DNA of 64,000 nt from a bacterium (GTDB lineage Bacteria; Electryoneota; JAOADG01): contig JAOADG010000001.1 of assembly GCA_026417415.1 (NCBI GenBank), positions 6,671 through 70,670 on the forward strand. Direction: 5' to 3'. Each line of letters starts with the position of its first letter. Within the stretch, counting starts at the first letter, position 1. The notes beneath the pieces were generated by a model, which was not told where the DNA came from, made no database searches, and worked only from the letters and a program-made list of their open reading frames with translations. A program made the position numbers and the translations under genes. Below are positions 19,380 through 28,243 of the stretch, piece by piece.

Positions 19380-20174
19380 ATGAACCAACGAATCACAACA
19401 CGTCGTATTCGACAAATGAAAAATCAGCAACGTATTGTTGCATTGACTGCATACGATTACACTACGGCTAAATTAGTGGATGCTGCACAAGTGGATATCA
19501 TCTTGATCGGCGATTCCTTAGGAATGGTGATACAAGGGGAAGAAACTACAATACCAGTGACACTCGATCAGATGATTTATCATTGCCGAATTGTTTCTAA
19601 AGCCGTGCAACGTGCATTGGTGGTTGGAGATATGCCTTTTGCCAGTTATTCAGAATCGATAGAACAGGGGTATCGGAATGCCATACGAGTGGTTCAGGAT
19701 GGACGTGTCTCTGCAGTAAAATTGGAGGGTGGATTTGACATTATTCCCCTTGTTCAAAAGCTAACTAAATTTGGTGTACCTGTAATGGGGCATATCGGGT
19801 TACAACCGCAATCAGTATTACAATATGGTGGATATGTATTACAAGGAAATGCGGAAGAAAAAACACTCATTGAAGAAGCAAAAGCGTTAGAAGGTGCAGG
19901 AGCATTTTGCATTGTACTTGAAAAAGTAAGTGTGAAAACGGCTGAAAAAATTACGAACTCCATTTCAATTCCAACAATCGGTATTGCCTCTGGTCCTTAC
20001 TGTGATGGTCAAATCTTGGTTTTTCACGATGTATTAGGGTTACAACCGGAAGTTCATTATAAATTTGTGAGAAGGTATGCAGAAATTGGATTATTAATTA
20101 AAAATGCGATAGAGAGGTATGCGAATGATGTGCGTGAATCAAATTTCCCTTCAATTAATGAATCATATGAGTAA
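19380..20174 (+). CDS. panB: 3-methyl-2-oxobutanoate hydroxymethyltransferase
   Basis: 264 aa. LTAYDYTTAKLVDAAQVDIILIGDSLGMV and VKLEGG ... GHIGLQPQS are typical PanB. Confidence 0.9.
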   Translation: MNQRITTRRIRQMKNQQRIVALTAYDYTTAKLVDAAQVDIILIGDSLGMVIQGEETTIPVTLDQMIYHCRIVSKAVQRALVVGDMPFASYSESIEQGYRNAIRVVQDGRVSAVKLEGGFDIIPLVQKLTKFGVPVMGHIGLQPQSVLQYGGYVLQGNAEEKTLIEEAKALEGAGAFCIVLEKVSVKTAEKITNSISIPTIGIASGPYCDGQILVFHDVLGLQPEVHYKFVRRYAEIGLLIKNAIERYANDVRESNFPSINESYE

Positions 20175-20179
20175 TTTCA

Positions 20180-21013
20180 ATGAACTTATTATACAATGCT
20201 GCTGAGTTAAAAGAATATCTCAATTCAATTAGAATGAAAAACACGATTGGCTTTGTTCCAACCATGGGAGCACTTCATAATGGACATCTTTCGTTAATCA
20301 AAATTGCTAAGGAATATGCTTCAAACGTTGGTGTATCAATTTTTGTAAATCCGACTCAGTTTTTACCGAATGAAGATTATCATCAATATCCAAGAACATT
20401 AGATTTCGATCTGGAACTACTTCGAACGATTGCGTGTGATTGGGTGTTTATTCCATCAGTACAAGAAATGTATCCAAGAGAAATGGATCTGAAAATAGAT
20501 ATAGGTTATCTAGGTACAATTTATGAAGGAGCTTTTAGACCTTATCATTTTCAAGGCGTTGCAACTATTGTATTGAAATTATTCAACCTTATTCAACCAG
20601 ATGTAGTAGTTTTTGGAAAAAAAGATGCACAGCAGTGTGCAGTGATTCGAAGGTTGACAAAAGCTTTATTCTTAGATCTTAAAATTTTGTATGGTGAGGT
20701 AATCCGAGACCCATCTGGACTTGCGATATCCTCTCGAAACCGATATCTTACTGAAATAGAAAAAGAACGAGCTATTGGTCTATACGTTGCGCTTCAAAAG
20801 GGAAGAGCGGTCTATTTGGATTGTCAAGACACCAAAATAGCACAAATGGAGATGATAAATACTGTAAAAACCTTTCAACCAACGAGTATAGATTACTTTG
20901 CTATTGTGGATCGCTTTACATTTCTGTATCCAAAAAACATTCAAGATGCCATCGCGATTGGTGCAATAAGGTTAGGCACAACCCGATTAATTGACGCAGT
21001 GGATATTTCATAA
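20180..21013 (+). CDS. panC: Pantoate--beta-alanine ligase
   Basis: 277 aa. GFVPTMGALHNGHLSLI (HIGH-type), SIFVNPTQF and FGKKDAQQ motifs. Confidence 0.9.
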   Translation: MNLLYNAAELKEYLNSIRMKNTIGFVPTMGALHNGHLSLIKIAKEYASNVGVSIFVNPTQFLPNEDYHQYPRTLDFDLELLRTIACDWVFIPSVQEMYPREMDLKIDIGYLGTIYEGAFRPYHFQGVATIVLKLFNLIQPDVVVFGKKDAQQCAVIRRLTKALFLDLKILYGEVIRDPSGLAISSRNRYLTEIEKERAIGLYVALQKGRAVYLDCQDTKIAQMEMINTVKTFQPTSIDYFAIVDRFTFLYPKNIQDAIAIGAIRLGTTRLIDAVDIS

Positions 21014-21024
21014 AGGACATACCT

Positions 21025-21795
21025 TTGAATTCAATTTTAACAAAACCTCTAAGAACCATCATACTAGCTGCAGGTGAAGGAAAACGGATGAAATCCGATT
21101 TACCCAAGGTTTTGCATACTTTACATAACAAACCACTAATTCAATGGGTTTGGGATGCTGCACTTCAAATAGGTTCGGAAAAAATTGTTATCGTAGTTGG
21201 TCATAAACGTGCGATGGTAATGGAAGCGATGAAGAACACAGATGCCCATTTTGCTATCCAATGGCAACAAAAAGGTACAGGGGATGCTGTACTGGCTGCT
21301 AAAAAGTACATCCATCATCGCTTCAAAGGGAGTGTTATGGTTCTATCGGGTGATGTACCACTGATTTCTACAAAAACTTTACTTAAATTAAGAACAGTGC
21401 ACGAAAAAACTTCAGCAGTAGCTACCATTTTAACTTTTAGAACACCAGAACCCGATTCTTACGGAAGAATTGTAAGAGATGATCAGGGGAAAATTATTCG
21501 AATTGTAGAAGCGAAAGATGCTTCAGAAGAAGAATTAAAAATTCAAGAAGTCAACAGTGGGATTTATATCTTTCAAGCGCAATGGTTATGGAAAGAATTA
21601 GAAAGATTACAACCTAATAATTCACAAGGGGAGTACTATTTGACAGACGTAGTGAAAAGTGCAGTAGATAATGGAAACATCGTATCAACTATTGAGTCCT
21701 TAGATCCAATTGAAGCAGAAGGAGTCAATACACAAGAACAGTTGAAATCTTTGGAGAAGATAGTATCTGAAAGATTTTTGAAAGCAAACGATTGA
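21025..21795 (+). CDS. GlmU-like N-acetylglucosamine-1-phosphate uridylyltransferase domain only (no LbH acetyltransferase domain)
   Basis: 256 aa with a TTG start. IILAAGEGKRMKSDLPKVLHTLHNKPLIQWV and QQKGTGDAV closely parallel the GlmU N-terminal domain. The ORF stops where the left-handed beta-helix would begin. Confidence 0.7.
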   Translation: MNSILTKPLRTIILAAGEGKRMKSDLPKVLHTLHNKPLIQWVWDAALQIGSEKIVIVVGHKRAMVMEAMKNTDAHFAIQWQQKGTGDAVLAAKKYIHHRFKGSVMVLSGDVPLISTKTLLKLRTVHEKTSAVATILTFRTPEPDSYGRIVRDDQGKIIRIVEAKDASEEELKIQEVNSGIYIFQAQWLWKELERLQPNNSQGEYYLTDVVKSAVDNGNIVSTIESLDPIEAEGVNTQEQLKSLEKIVSERFLKAND

Positions 21796-21804
21796 AAGGG
21801 TGAG

Positions 21805-22284
21805 GTGAGTATGAAAATATTTTTTACATTTTTAATTGTACTTTTCATTTGGGTAAATTATAATGTGTTTGCTCAGTACAATAACCGTCCGTTAAGCATA
21901 CACCATAATATTTCATCTACGAATTTAGGAATATCAATAAAAAATTTAGGTCTTTTGGATCCTTCCAAACTTTCAATGTCCCAATTGATTAGTTCAAATT
22001 ATTCATCTTCAAAAGAAGGGAATACGTTGTCTGCAATCTATTTAAATTCTATGATTTATCAGGTATCTCCCACATACCATTGGACATTTGATTTAGGTTA
22101 TGCTGGAATGCCTTACAATTCTTTTCAGAATGGTTGGACAGGAGGACAACCCATTGGAAGTATTGGATTTTTGTGGACGCCTAAGCCCAACTTGTTAATT
22201 TCTGCACAGTTTTCTAAAGGTGTGAGTTATTCGCAAGAGTTTTTATACACACCGTATAAAAGAAGTATAATTCAAAATCCATAA
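21805..22284 (+). CDS. Small secreted / outer-membrane-associated protein, unknown function
   Basis: 159 aa with signal peptide MSMKIFFTFLIVLFIWVNYNVFA. The Ser/Asn/Tyr-rich, beta-strand-like body matches no recognised family. Confidence 0.35.
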   Translation: MSMKIFFTFLIVLFIWVNYNVFAQYNNRPLSIHHNISSTNLGISIKNLGLLDPSKLSMSQLISSNYSSSKEGNTLSAIYLNSMIYQVSPTYHWTFDLGYAGMPYNSFQNGWTGGQPIGSIGFLWTPKPNLLISAQFSKGVSYSQEFLYTPYKRSIIQNP

Positions 22285-22298
22285 TTAAACGGAGGAAT

Positions 22299-22685
22299 GT
22301 GACTTCTTTACAACTTGCACGTAGAATTGCAAAATTATTAGATGACAAACAAGCGACCGACATAGTAATTTTGGACTTAAGGAAAGTTCCGCAAATTGCG
22401 GACTTTTTCATTCTTGCTACAGGGATGGTCGATCTTCACGTGAAAACGTTATCCGACTATGTTGAAGATTCTTTAAGAAACTCTAAACTTGCAAAGAAAC
22501 CATTTTCAAGAGAAGGAGAAAAAAACCTATCTTGGGTGGTTTTAGATTACGGAAGCGTTGTTTTACATATCTTCAGACCTGAAACAAGAAATTACTACCG
22601 TTTGGATAAACTTTGGGGAGACGTTCCAAGAGTTTCAATCAAACCGAAAACCCGAATTAAAACCTCGAACAATGCAAGCCAATAA
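22299..22685 (+). CDS. rsfS: Ribosome silencing factor (iojap family)
   Basis: 128 aa. DDKQATDIVILDLRKV..IADFFILATG and WVVLDYGSVVLHIF match RsfS. Confidence 0.85.
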   Translation: MTSLQLARRIAKLLDDKQATDIVILDLRKVPQIADFFILATGMVDLHVKTLSDYVEDSLRNSKLAKKPFSREGEKNLSWVVLDYGSVVLHIFRPETRNYYRLDKLWGDVPRVSIKPKTRIKTSNNASQ

Positions 22686-24333
22686 AATTAGATCCTTCTT
22701 AAGAGAGCAAATTAAAACTTCTGCAATCTCAAGAAACATCCATACTGACACCTCTACCATTGAGTTGACGAAAGATGAGAAGTTTGGAGATTTAACTTCT
22801 AACTGCGCAATGGTATGGGCAAAATCGGTTGGAAAAAATCCAATTCAATTAGCTCAAGAATTGATCCAAGAATGGAAAAATTTATCCGAATATTTCTCTG
22901 AAGTGACGATCGCTGGTGCAGGTTTTATCAATTTCAAATTAGATCTAGAACAATGGTCTTTAATGATGGAATCTATACTATCAGACCATTTTAGTTTCAA
23001 AATTAACGATCCATCAACTTCAGAATTGAGTTCATATCATTTAGAATTTGTATCTGCAAATCCAACTGGTCCGTTAAATGTAGTATCTGCAAGAGCTGCG
23101 GTCATTGGTGATGTATTAGCAAATATCTTAAAAACTCTTAATCACCAAGTTCACTGTGAATTCTATGTAAATGACGCTGGTAATCAAGTAAAATTATTAG
23201 GCATTTCGGTACTTGAAAGATGGAAAGAGTTACAAGGGTTACCTTTTCAAATTCCTGATGATGGATACCATGGTTCTTATGTTATTGAAGTAGCAAAAAC
23301 ATTAAGTTCCAGAATTTCATCAGATACAACAATAGATCAAATCGCGGAATGGGCTGTTCAAGAAATTGTAAAGGAGCAAAAACAAACCATAGAGAAGTAT
23401 AGAACGCATTTTGATCGATGGTTTTTTGAAAGCGAACTAAGAAGAAATCGTAAAGAAATTGAAGTATTGGAATGGCTTCAACAAAACAATTACATCTACG
23501 AAAGTGAAGGTGCCCTTTATTTAAAGACCACCATTACAGGTCTTGATGAAAAAGACAGGGTGGTAGTTACCTCAAATGGTACTCCAACTTACTTTCTACC
23601 TGATATTGCTTATCATTTGGATAAATATAGACGTGGATTTCGTTATGCAATTAATTTCTTAGGTCCTGATCATCATGGTGTTATCGGAAGAATGTCTGCT
23701 GCAATGAAATTGTTAAATGTACCGGATGATTTTTTACAAATTCGTCTAATTCAACAAGTTAATCTTATACGGAACGGTGAAATTGTTAAAATGTCCAAAC
23801 GTTCAGGAGAAATCGTTACATTACAGGATCTCTTGAATGAATTGGGTGACAATGATGCTGCAGTAGATGTTACAAGGTTCTTTTTTTTACAAAGGAAAGT
23901 ATCTACTCCATTGGACTTTGATCTTACCTTAGCAAAAAAGCAAACGGAAGAAAATCCAGCATACTATGTACAATATGCACATGCAAGAATTTGTTCAATT
24001 TTACGTCAACCAGAGTTAGAATCCTATTTAGGAAGTCAATGGACAAAAACATCTATCAATGAGTTACAAGAACCGGAAACAAAACGTGTCTTAAGAAAAT
24101 TACTTGAGTATCCATTTGTATTGGAGCGATGTGGTCAAGCATTGGACCCAAATGGATTGGCGACCTATTTAATGGAACTTGCAGCAGTTTTTCACAAGTT
24201 TTATACCCATCATCGTGTCATTGGTCAAGCACCTAAGGTGACCTTAGCAAGAGTGAAATTGATACAAGCCGTAAAAAAAATACTCGCTCATGGTTTATCC
24301 TTATGTAGAATTACTATACCGGAAAGAATGTAA
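22672..24333 (+). CDS. argS: Arginine--tRNA ligase
   Basis: Start moved to ATG 22672 (MQANKIRSFL), overlapping rsfS by 14 nt. FVSANPTGPLNVVSARAA (HIGH region), KMSKRSG (KMSKS) and the C-terminal anticodon-binding domain ending in M are typical ArgS. Confidence 0.9.
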   Translation: MQANKIRSFLREQIKTSAISRNIHTDTSTIELTKDEKFGDLTSNCAMVWAKSVGKNPIQLAQELIQEWKNLSEYFSEVTIAGAGFINFKLDLEQWSLMMESILSDHFSFKINDPSTSELSSYHLEFVSANPTGPLNVVSARAAVIGDVLANILKTLNHQVHCEFYVNDAGNQVKLLGISVLERWKELQGLPFQIPDDGYHGSYVIEVAKTLSSRISSDTTIDQIAEWAVQEIVKEQKQTIEKYRTHFDRWFFESELRRNRKEIEVLEWLQQNNYIYESEGALYLKTTITGLDEKDRVVVTSNGTPTYFLPDIAYHLDKYRRGFRYAINFLGPDHHGVIGRMSAAMKLLNVPDDFLQIRLIQQVNLIRNGEIVKMSKRSGEIVTLQDLLNELGDNDAAVDVTRFFFLQRKVSTPLDFDLTLAKKQTEENPAYYVQYAHARICSILRQPELESYLGSQWTKTSINELQEPETKRVLRKLLEYPFVLERCGQALDPNGLATYLMELAAVFHKFYTHHRVIGQAPKVTLARVKLIQAVKKILAHGLSLCRITIPERM

Positions 24334-24334
24334 A

Positions 24335-25249
24335 GTGTCTTATTCAATACTGGTAGTTGGCTCGGCAGCATTAGATACTATAGAAACTTATCAAACTAAA
24401 GTAGAAGATTGCATCGGTGGTTCTGCATTGTATTTTGCTGCAGCTGCATCTTTATTTACCCCTGTTGCAGTTGTTGCTGTAGTGGGAAAAGATTTTCCTA
24501 TTGATCAAATTCATTTTTTAAGACAAAGAGGTGTAGATTTATCTGGCTTAAACATAGTTGAAGGGTTGACATTTCGTTGGGGCGGGAGGTATGATAGAGA
24601 TTTCACTCATCGTGAAACTTTGTTTACTGCACTGAATACGTTTGAAACATTTAACCCAATTATACCCCAACATTTAAGAAAGTCGGATCTACTTTTTCTT
24701 GGGAATATTTTACCAGAGTTACAATTATTTGTTTTAAAACAAATGGAAAAACCTAAATTTGTCCTGTTAGATACAATCCGTCTATGGATAGAAAACGAAC
24801 GAAAAGCATTGTTAGATGTGATTGCAAAAGTTGATGCCATTGTTCTTAATGATGAAGAAATTCGTTTGTTAACAGATTATTCAAATATCAATAAAGCAGT
24901 CAAATCTATTTTTAAATTAGGTCCGAAATTAGTTATTGTAAAACGCGGTGAAAATGGTGCAACTCTTCACACCAATCAAAATGATTTTTTTGCTTTACCT
25001 GCTTATCCATTAGAAGAAGTTGAAGATCCAACTGGTGCAGGAGATAGTTTTGCAGGGGGATTCCTAGGTAAACTGGCTCAAATCGAGCAACTCAATCTTT
25101 TTGCATTTAAACAAGCGCTATTAGCAGGTACAGTAGTAGCAAGTTACACAGTGCAATCATTTGGTTTACAAAGGTTAAGTACTATAACCTTACAAGATTT
25201 GCAAATTAGAACAGATTATTTGTTACAATCCATCTTGATTTCACGATGA
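24335..25249 (+). CDS. PfkB (ribokinase-family) carbohydrate/nucleoside kinase, substrate unknown
   Basis: GTG at 24335, one base after the argS TAA (the ORF track starts at 24290 inside argS). ILVVGSAALD and the C-terminal DPTGAGDSFAGGF are the two PfkB signatures. Confidence 0.75.
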   Translation: MSYSILVVGSAALDTIETYQTKVEDCIGGSALYFAAAASLFTPVAVVAVVGKDFPIDQIHFLRQRGVDLSGLNIVEGLTFRWGGRYDRDFTHRETLFTALNTFETFNPIIPQHLRKSDLLFLGNILPELQLFVLKQMEKPKFVLLDTIRLWIENERKALLDVIAKVDAIVLNDEEIRLLTDYSNINKAVKSIFKLGPKLVIVKRGENGATLHTNQNDFFALPAYPLEEVEDPTGAGDSFAGGFLGKLAQIEQLNLFAFKQALLAGTVVASYTVQSFGLQRLSTITLQDLQIRTDYLLQSILISR

Positions 25250-26292
25250 ACATACCTTATAAACCATTAGAGTTTATTGAAGATCAGTTATTATGGATTA
25301 ATCAATCTAAATTACCTGAACAGTTAATTATTACCTCAACTAAATCATGGGAAAAGGTGGTTGATGCAATCAAACGTTTAGAAATTCGTGGGGCTCCATT
25401 GATTGGAATTGCTGCTGCATACGCTGCAGTATTGTATTTTAAAAACAAAAGAAAAAAACTACGTTGTAAAGAGTTCAACCAATCCTATGATCAAGTTTTT
25501 CAAGTGATTGGAAATATAAGACCCACTGCAGTAAATTTATCTGCTGCAATCAATCGTATAATAGAAGCTATCCAAAATAATCCGATGGAATTAGCAGCCA
25601 ATGTGGTACAAGAGATTGCACAAAAAATTCATCACGATGAACAACTTGCTTGTGAAAAAATTGCGGAAAATGGTTTTAATGTATGTTACAAATATCACTC
25701 CATACTAACTCATTGTAATACAGGACCATTAGCAACGGGTGGTATTGGAACAGCACTTGGGATAATTTCTAAAGTCCAAGATTTTAATCGAAATTTACAC
25801 GTTTATGTAACTGAAACTGCTCCTGTTGGACAAGGCGCTCGATTAACGGTATGGGAATTGTTGCAAATGAATATTCCCACAACTTTACTACCTGATACAG
25901 CGGTTGGTTCTCTCTTACAAAATCAACATATACAGGCAGTAGTTGTTGGTGCTGATCGTGTAACACAAAATGGTGATTTTGCAAATAAAGTTGGAACTGC
26001 AAATATTGCTTGTTTGTGTAAACATTATCATATCCCATTTTATGTTGCATTTCCTATGAGTTCGGTAGATTTGACCAAAACAGATGGGAAAGAAATACCC
26101 ATTGAATTCCGTGAATCAAGTGAAGTTACTCAAAGGTGGAATTATCAAAAAGATGTTCAGGTCAATGTATATAATCCTGCTTTTGATGTAACGCCTTCCG
26201 AATGGGTCTCGGGATATATTACTGATACTGGTTTCTATTTGCCTATTGAATTTCAAGATTATTTAAAAAGTTTGAAAGGAGAAGTACAGTGA
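25246..26292 (+). CDS. mtnA: S-methyl-5-thioribose-1-phosphate isomerase (eIF-2B alpha/beta/delta-like family)
   Basis: 348 aa. LEIRGAPLIGIAAAY, THCNTGPLATGGIGTALGII and VGADRVTQNGDFANKVGT fit MtnA rather than the eIF2B or R15P-isomerase subgroups. Confidence 0.85.
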   Translation: MNIPYKPLEFIEDQLLWINQSKLPEQLIITSTKSWEKVVDAIKRLEIRGAPLIGIAAAYAAVLYFKNKRKKLRCKEFNQSYDQVFQVIGNIRPTAVNLSAAINRIIEAIQNNPMELAANVVQEIAQKIHHDEQLACEKIAENGFNVCYKYHSILTHCNTGPLATGGIGTALGIISKVQDFNRNLHVYVTETAPVGQGARLTVWELLQMNIPTTLLPDTAVGSLLQNQHIQAVVVGADRVTQNGDFANKVGTANIACLCKHYHIPFYVAFPMSSVDLTKTDGKEIPIEFRESSEVTQRWNYQKDVQVNVYNPAFDVTPSEWVSGYITDTGFYLPIEFQDYLKSLKGEVQ

Positions 26293-27479
26293 AAATTTGG
26301 ATTTTTCTCTTTTTAGTGATAAGCGGTCTTATAGTGATTGGTTGTGGAAATCAAACAGTACGTTCTATTGAAATCTACATTCAACAAAATGATTTTGAAG
26401 CTGCAAGAAGAACTGCAAATAAGGATCTTCCTACTATGCCTGATGGCAAAGCAAAAGCTGAAGTGTACATGCTTTTAGCTAAAATGACCAATCAAGATAT
26501 TGAAAAGTTAAACGCTGAAAGTAAACGTGATACCTTGGGAAAAAAGCAAAATGAATTGTTTGAACGACGAATGACTTTGATTCAACAATTCAATCATGAA
26601 GTCAACCAATCGCTTCAAAATAACTTAGCTTACAAGGGTTTTTTAGATACCTTAAAAACGAATCTTTGGATAAATTTATATAATGAAGGGGTTGAACCTT
26701 ACAAAAACAACAAATGGGATGTAGCTATTCTGCATTTTACTTTAGCATGGACTTTGGATAGTTCAAAAACAGAAACAGGAAAACTTATCGGTGATGCATA
26801 TATTTCAATGAAAAAAGGAAAAGAAGGTGAAAATTGGTTGAAACGAACAATTGCAATGGAAGATAAAACAAAACCCGATTATTCTACACGTTTGAACTTA
26901 GGTAATTATTACTTTTATGAAGAAAAATGGGAACAAGCAGTCCAAGTATATTCTGAAATTCTTTCCTTACCTGAACCACCGAAATCTGACTCAATCAAAT
27001 ATAAAAACTATTTAAAGATAAAGAATCAGTCACTTTCTAACAAAGCCATTGCATTGGATCAATTGAATCGTAGTACAGAAGCGACCAAAGCATATGAGGA
27101 AGCACTCAAAGATCAACCCGATAATGATATTTTGTGGTATAATTTTGGGAAGAGACATTTTGAATCAGAACGTTACAAAGATGCAGAACAAGCCATTCAA
27201 AACGTTCTTAGAATAAATCCCAATGATGTTGATGCAATGTTTCTTATGGGATTAATTAAGTTTCAACTTGAAAAGTATGATGAAGCAGAAAGGTATCTAT
27301 CACAGGTGGTGAAGATAAAACCAGAAATGAAAACTGCATGGGTGAATCTTGCAGGTGCTATAGGGAATCAAATCTATACTTTAACGCAAGAAAAGAATCC
27401 TGATAAAGTGAAATTAGAAGCATTACAAAAGCGCTTTAAAGAAGTCAATGAAGAGATGAAAAAACGCGGAATTGAATGA
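26289..27479 (+). CDS. TPR-repeat lipoprotein
   Basis: 396 aa. Signal plus lipobox MKIWIFLFLVISGLIVIGC. Multiple TPR-like repeats (e.g. YNFGKRHFESERYKDAEQAIQNVLRINPND). Confidence 0.6.
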   Translation: MKIWIFLFLVISGLIVIGCGNQTVRSIEIYIQQNDFEAARRTANKDLPTMPDGKAKAEVYMLLAKMTNQDIEKLNAESKRDTLGKKQNELFERRMTLIQQFNHEVNQSLQNNLAYKGFLDTLKTNLWINLYNEGVEPYKNNKWDVAILHFTLAWTLDSSKTETGKLIGDAYISMKKGKEGENWLKRTIAMEDKTKPDYSTRLNLGNYYFYEEKWEQAVQVYSEILSLPEPPKSDSIKYKNYLKIKNQSLSNKAIALDQLNRSTEATKAYEEALKDQPDNDILWYNFGKRHFESERYKDAEQAIQNVLRINPNDVDAMFLMGLIKFQLEKYDEAERYLSQVVKIKPEMKTAWVNLAGAIGNQIYTLTQEKNPDKVKLEALQKRFKEVNEEMKKRGIE

Positions 27480-28243
27480 TTGCAATTAGCAAAGTGAATA
27501 CACAACAAATTTCTTGGGAAAATCGCATTAAAAACTTAAACTTGAAAAAATTGCCACAACATGTTGCATTAATCATGGATGGTAATGGACGTTGGGCAAA
27601 GCAACGAGGTTTACCAAGAATAGCAGGACATAGAGAAGGTGTCAAATCTGTGCGTGCTGTTATTGAAGCAGCACAAGATATCGGGGTTAAATCTTTAACG
27701 TTTTATACGTTCTCCAAAGAAAATTGGAAGCGTCCTAAAAACGAAGTTAGTGCATTATGGAAGTTACTTGTTCATTCTATGAATAAAGAAATCAATGATT
27801 TAATCAAAAATAATGTAAGAGTATTTACCTTAGGTGACTTGACACCTTTACCTATTGAAGCACGAAATGAAATGATAAGAGCCATGCAACTAACAGAAAA
27901 AAACACTGGAATTAATTTTACCTTAGCGATTAACTATAGTGGACGCTCTGAATTGGTAAACTGTTTTAATAAACTGATCAAACAAGGCGTTACGGAGGTA
28001 AGCGAAGACATCATCACGAATGCGTTAAAGATAGATAAAATTCCTGATCCAGATTTATTGATTAGAACTTCTGGTGAAATGCGAATTTCTAATTTTATGC
28101 TTTGGCAATTGGCATATACCGAAATTTATGTTACTGATGTTCACTGGCCTGATTTTAGAAAGTGGGAATTCTTAAAAGCGATTGAATGGTTTACAACCAG
28201 AGAAAGAAGATTTGGTAAAATTTCAGAACAATTGAGCAAGTAA
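27476..28243 (+). CDS. uppS: Isoprenyl transferase (undecaprenyl diphosphate synthase)
   Basis: 255 aa. HVALIMDGNGRWAK, FSKENWKRP and RTSGEMRISNFMLWQLAYTE are UppS motifs. Confidence 0.9.
   Translation: MIAISKVNTQQISWENRIKNLNLKKLPQHVALIMDGNGRWAKQRGLPRIAGHREGVKSVRAVIEAAQDIGVKSLTFYTFSKENWKRPKNEVSALWKLLVHSMNKEINDLIKNNVRVFTLGDLTPLPIEARNEMIRAMQLTEKNTGINFTLAINYSGRSELVNCFNKLIKQGVTEVSEDIITNALKIDKIPDPDLLIRTSGEMRISNFMLWQLAYTEIYVTDVHWPDFRKWEFLKAIEWFTTRERRFGKISEQLSK

Noticed and set aside
24335-26292. The PfkB kinase and eIF2B-like isomerase as ribose-1-phosphate kinase and ribose-1,5-bisphosphate isomerase of a pentose-bisphosphate (RuBisCO-linked) pathway.
   Set aside because: The isomerase carries MtnA-type motifs (HCNTGPLATGGIGTALG, GADRV..NGD.ANKVGT). 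No RuBisCO or AMP phosphorylase gene is in the window. The idea survives only as a minor alternative to test in the kinase assay.
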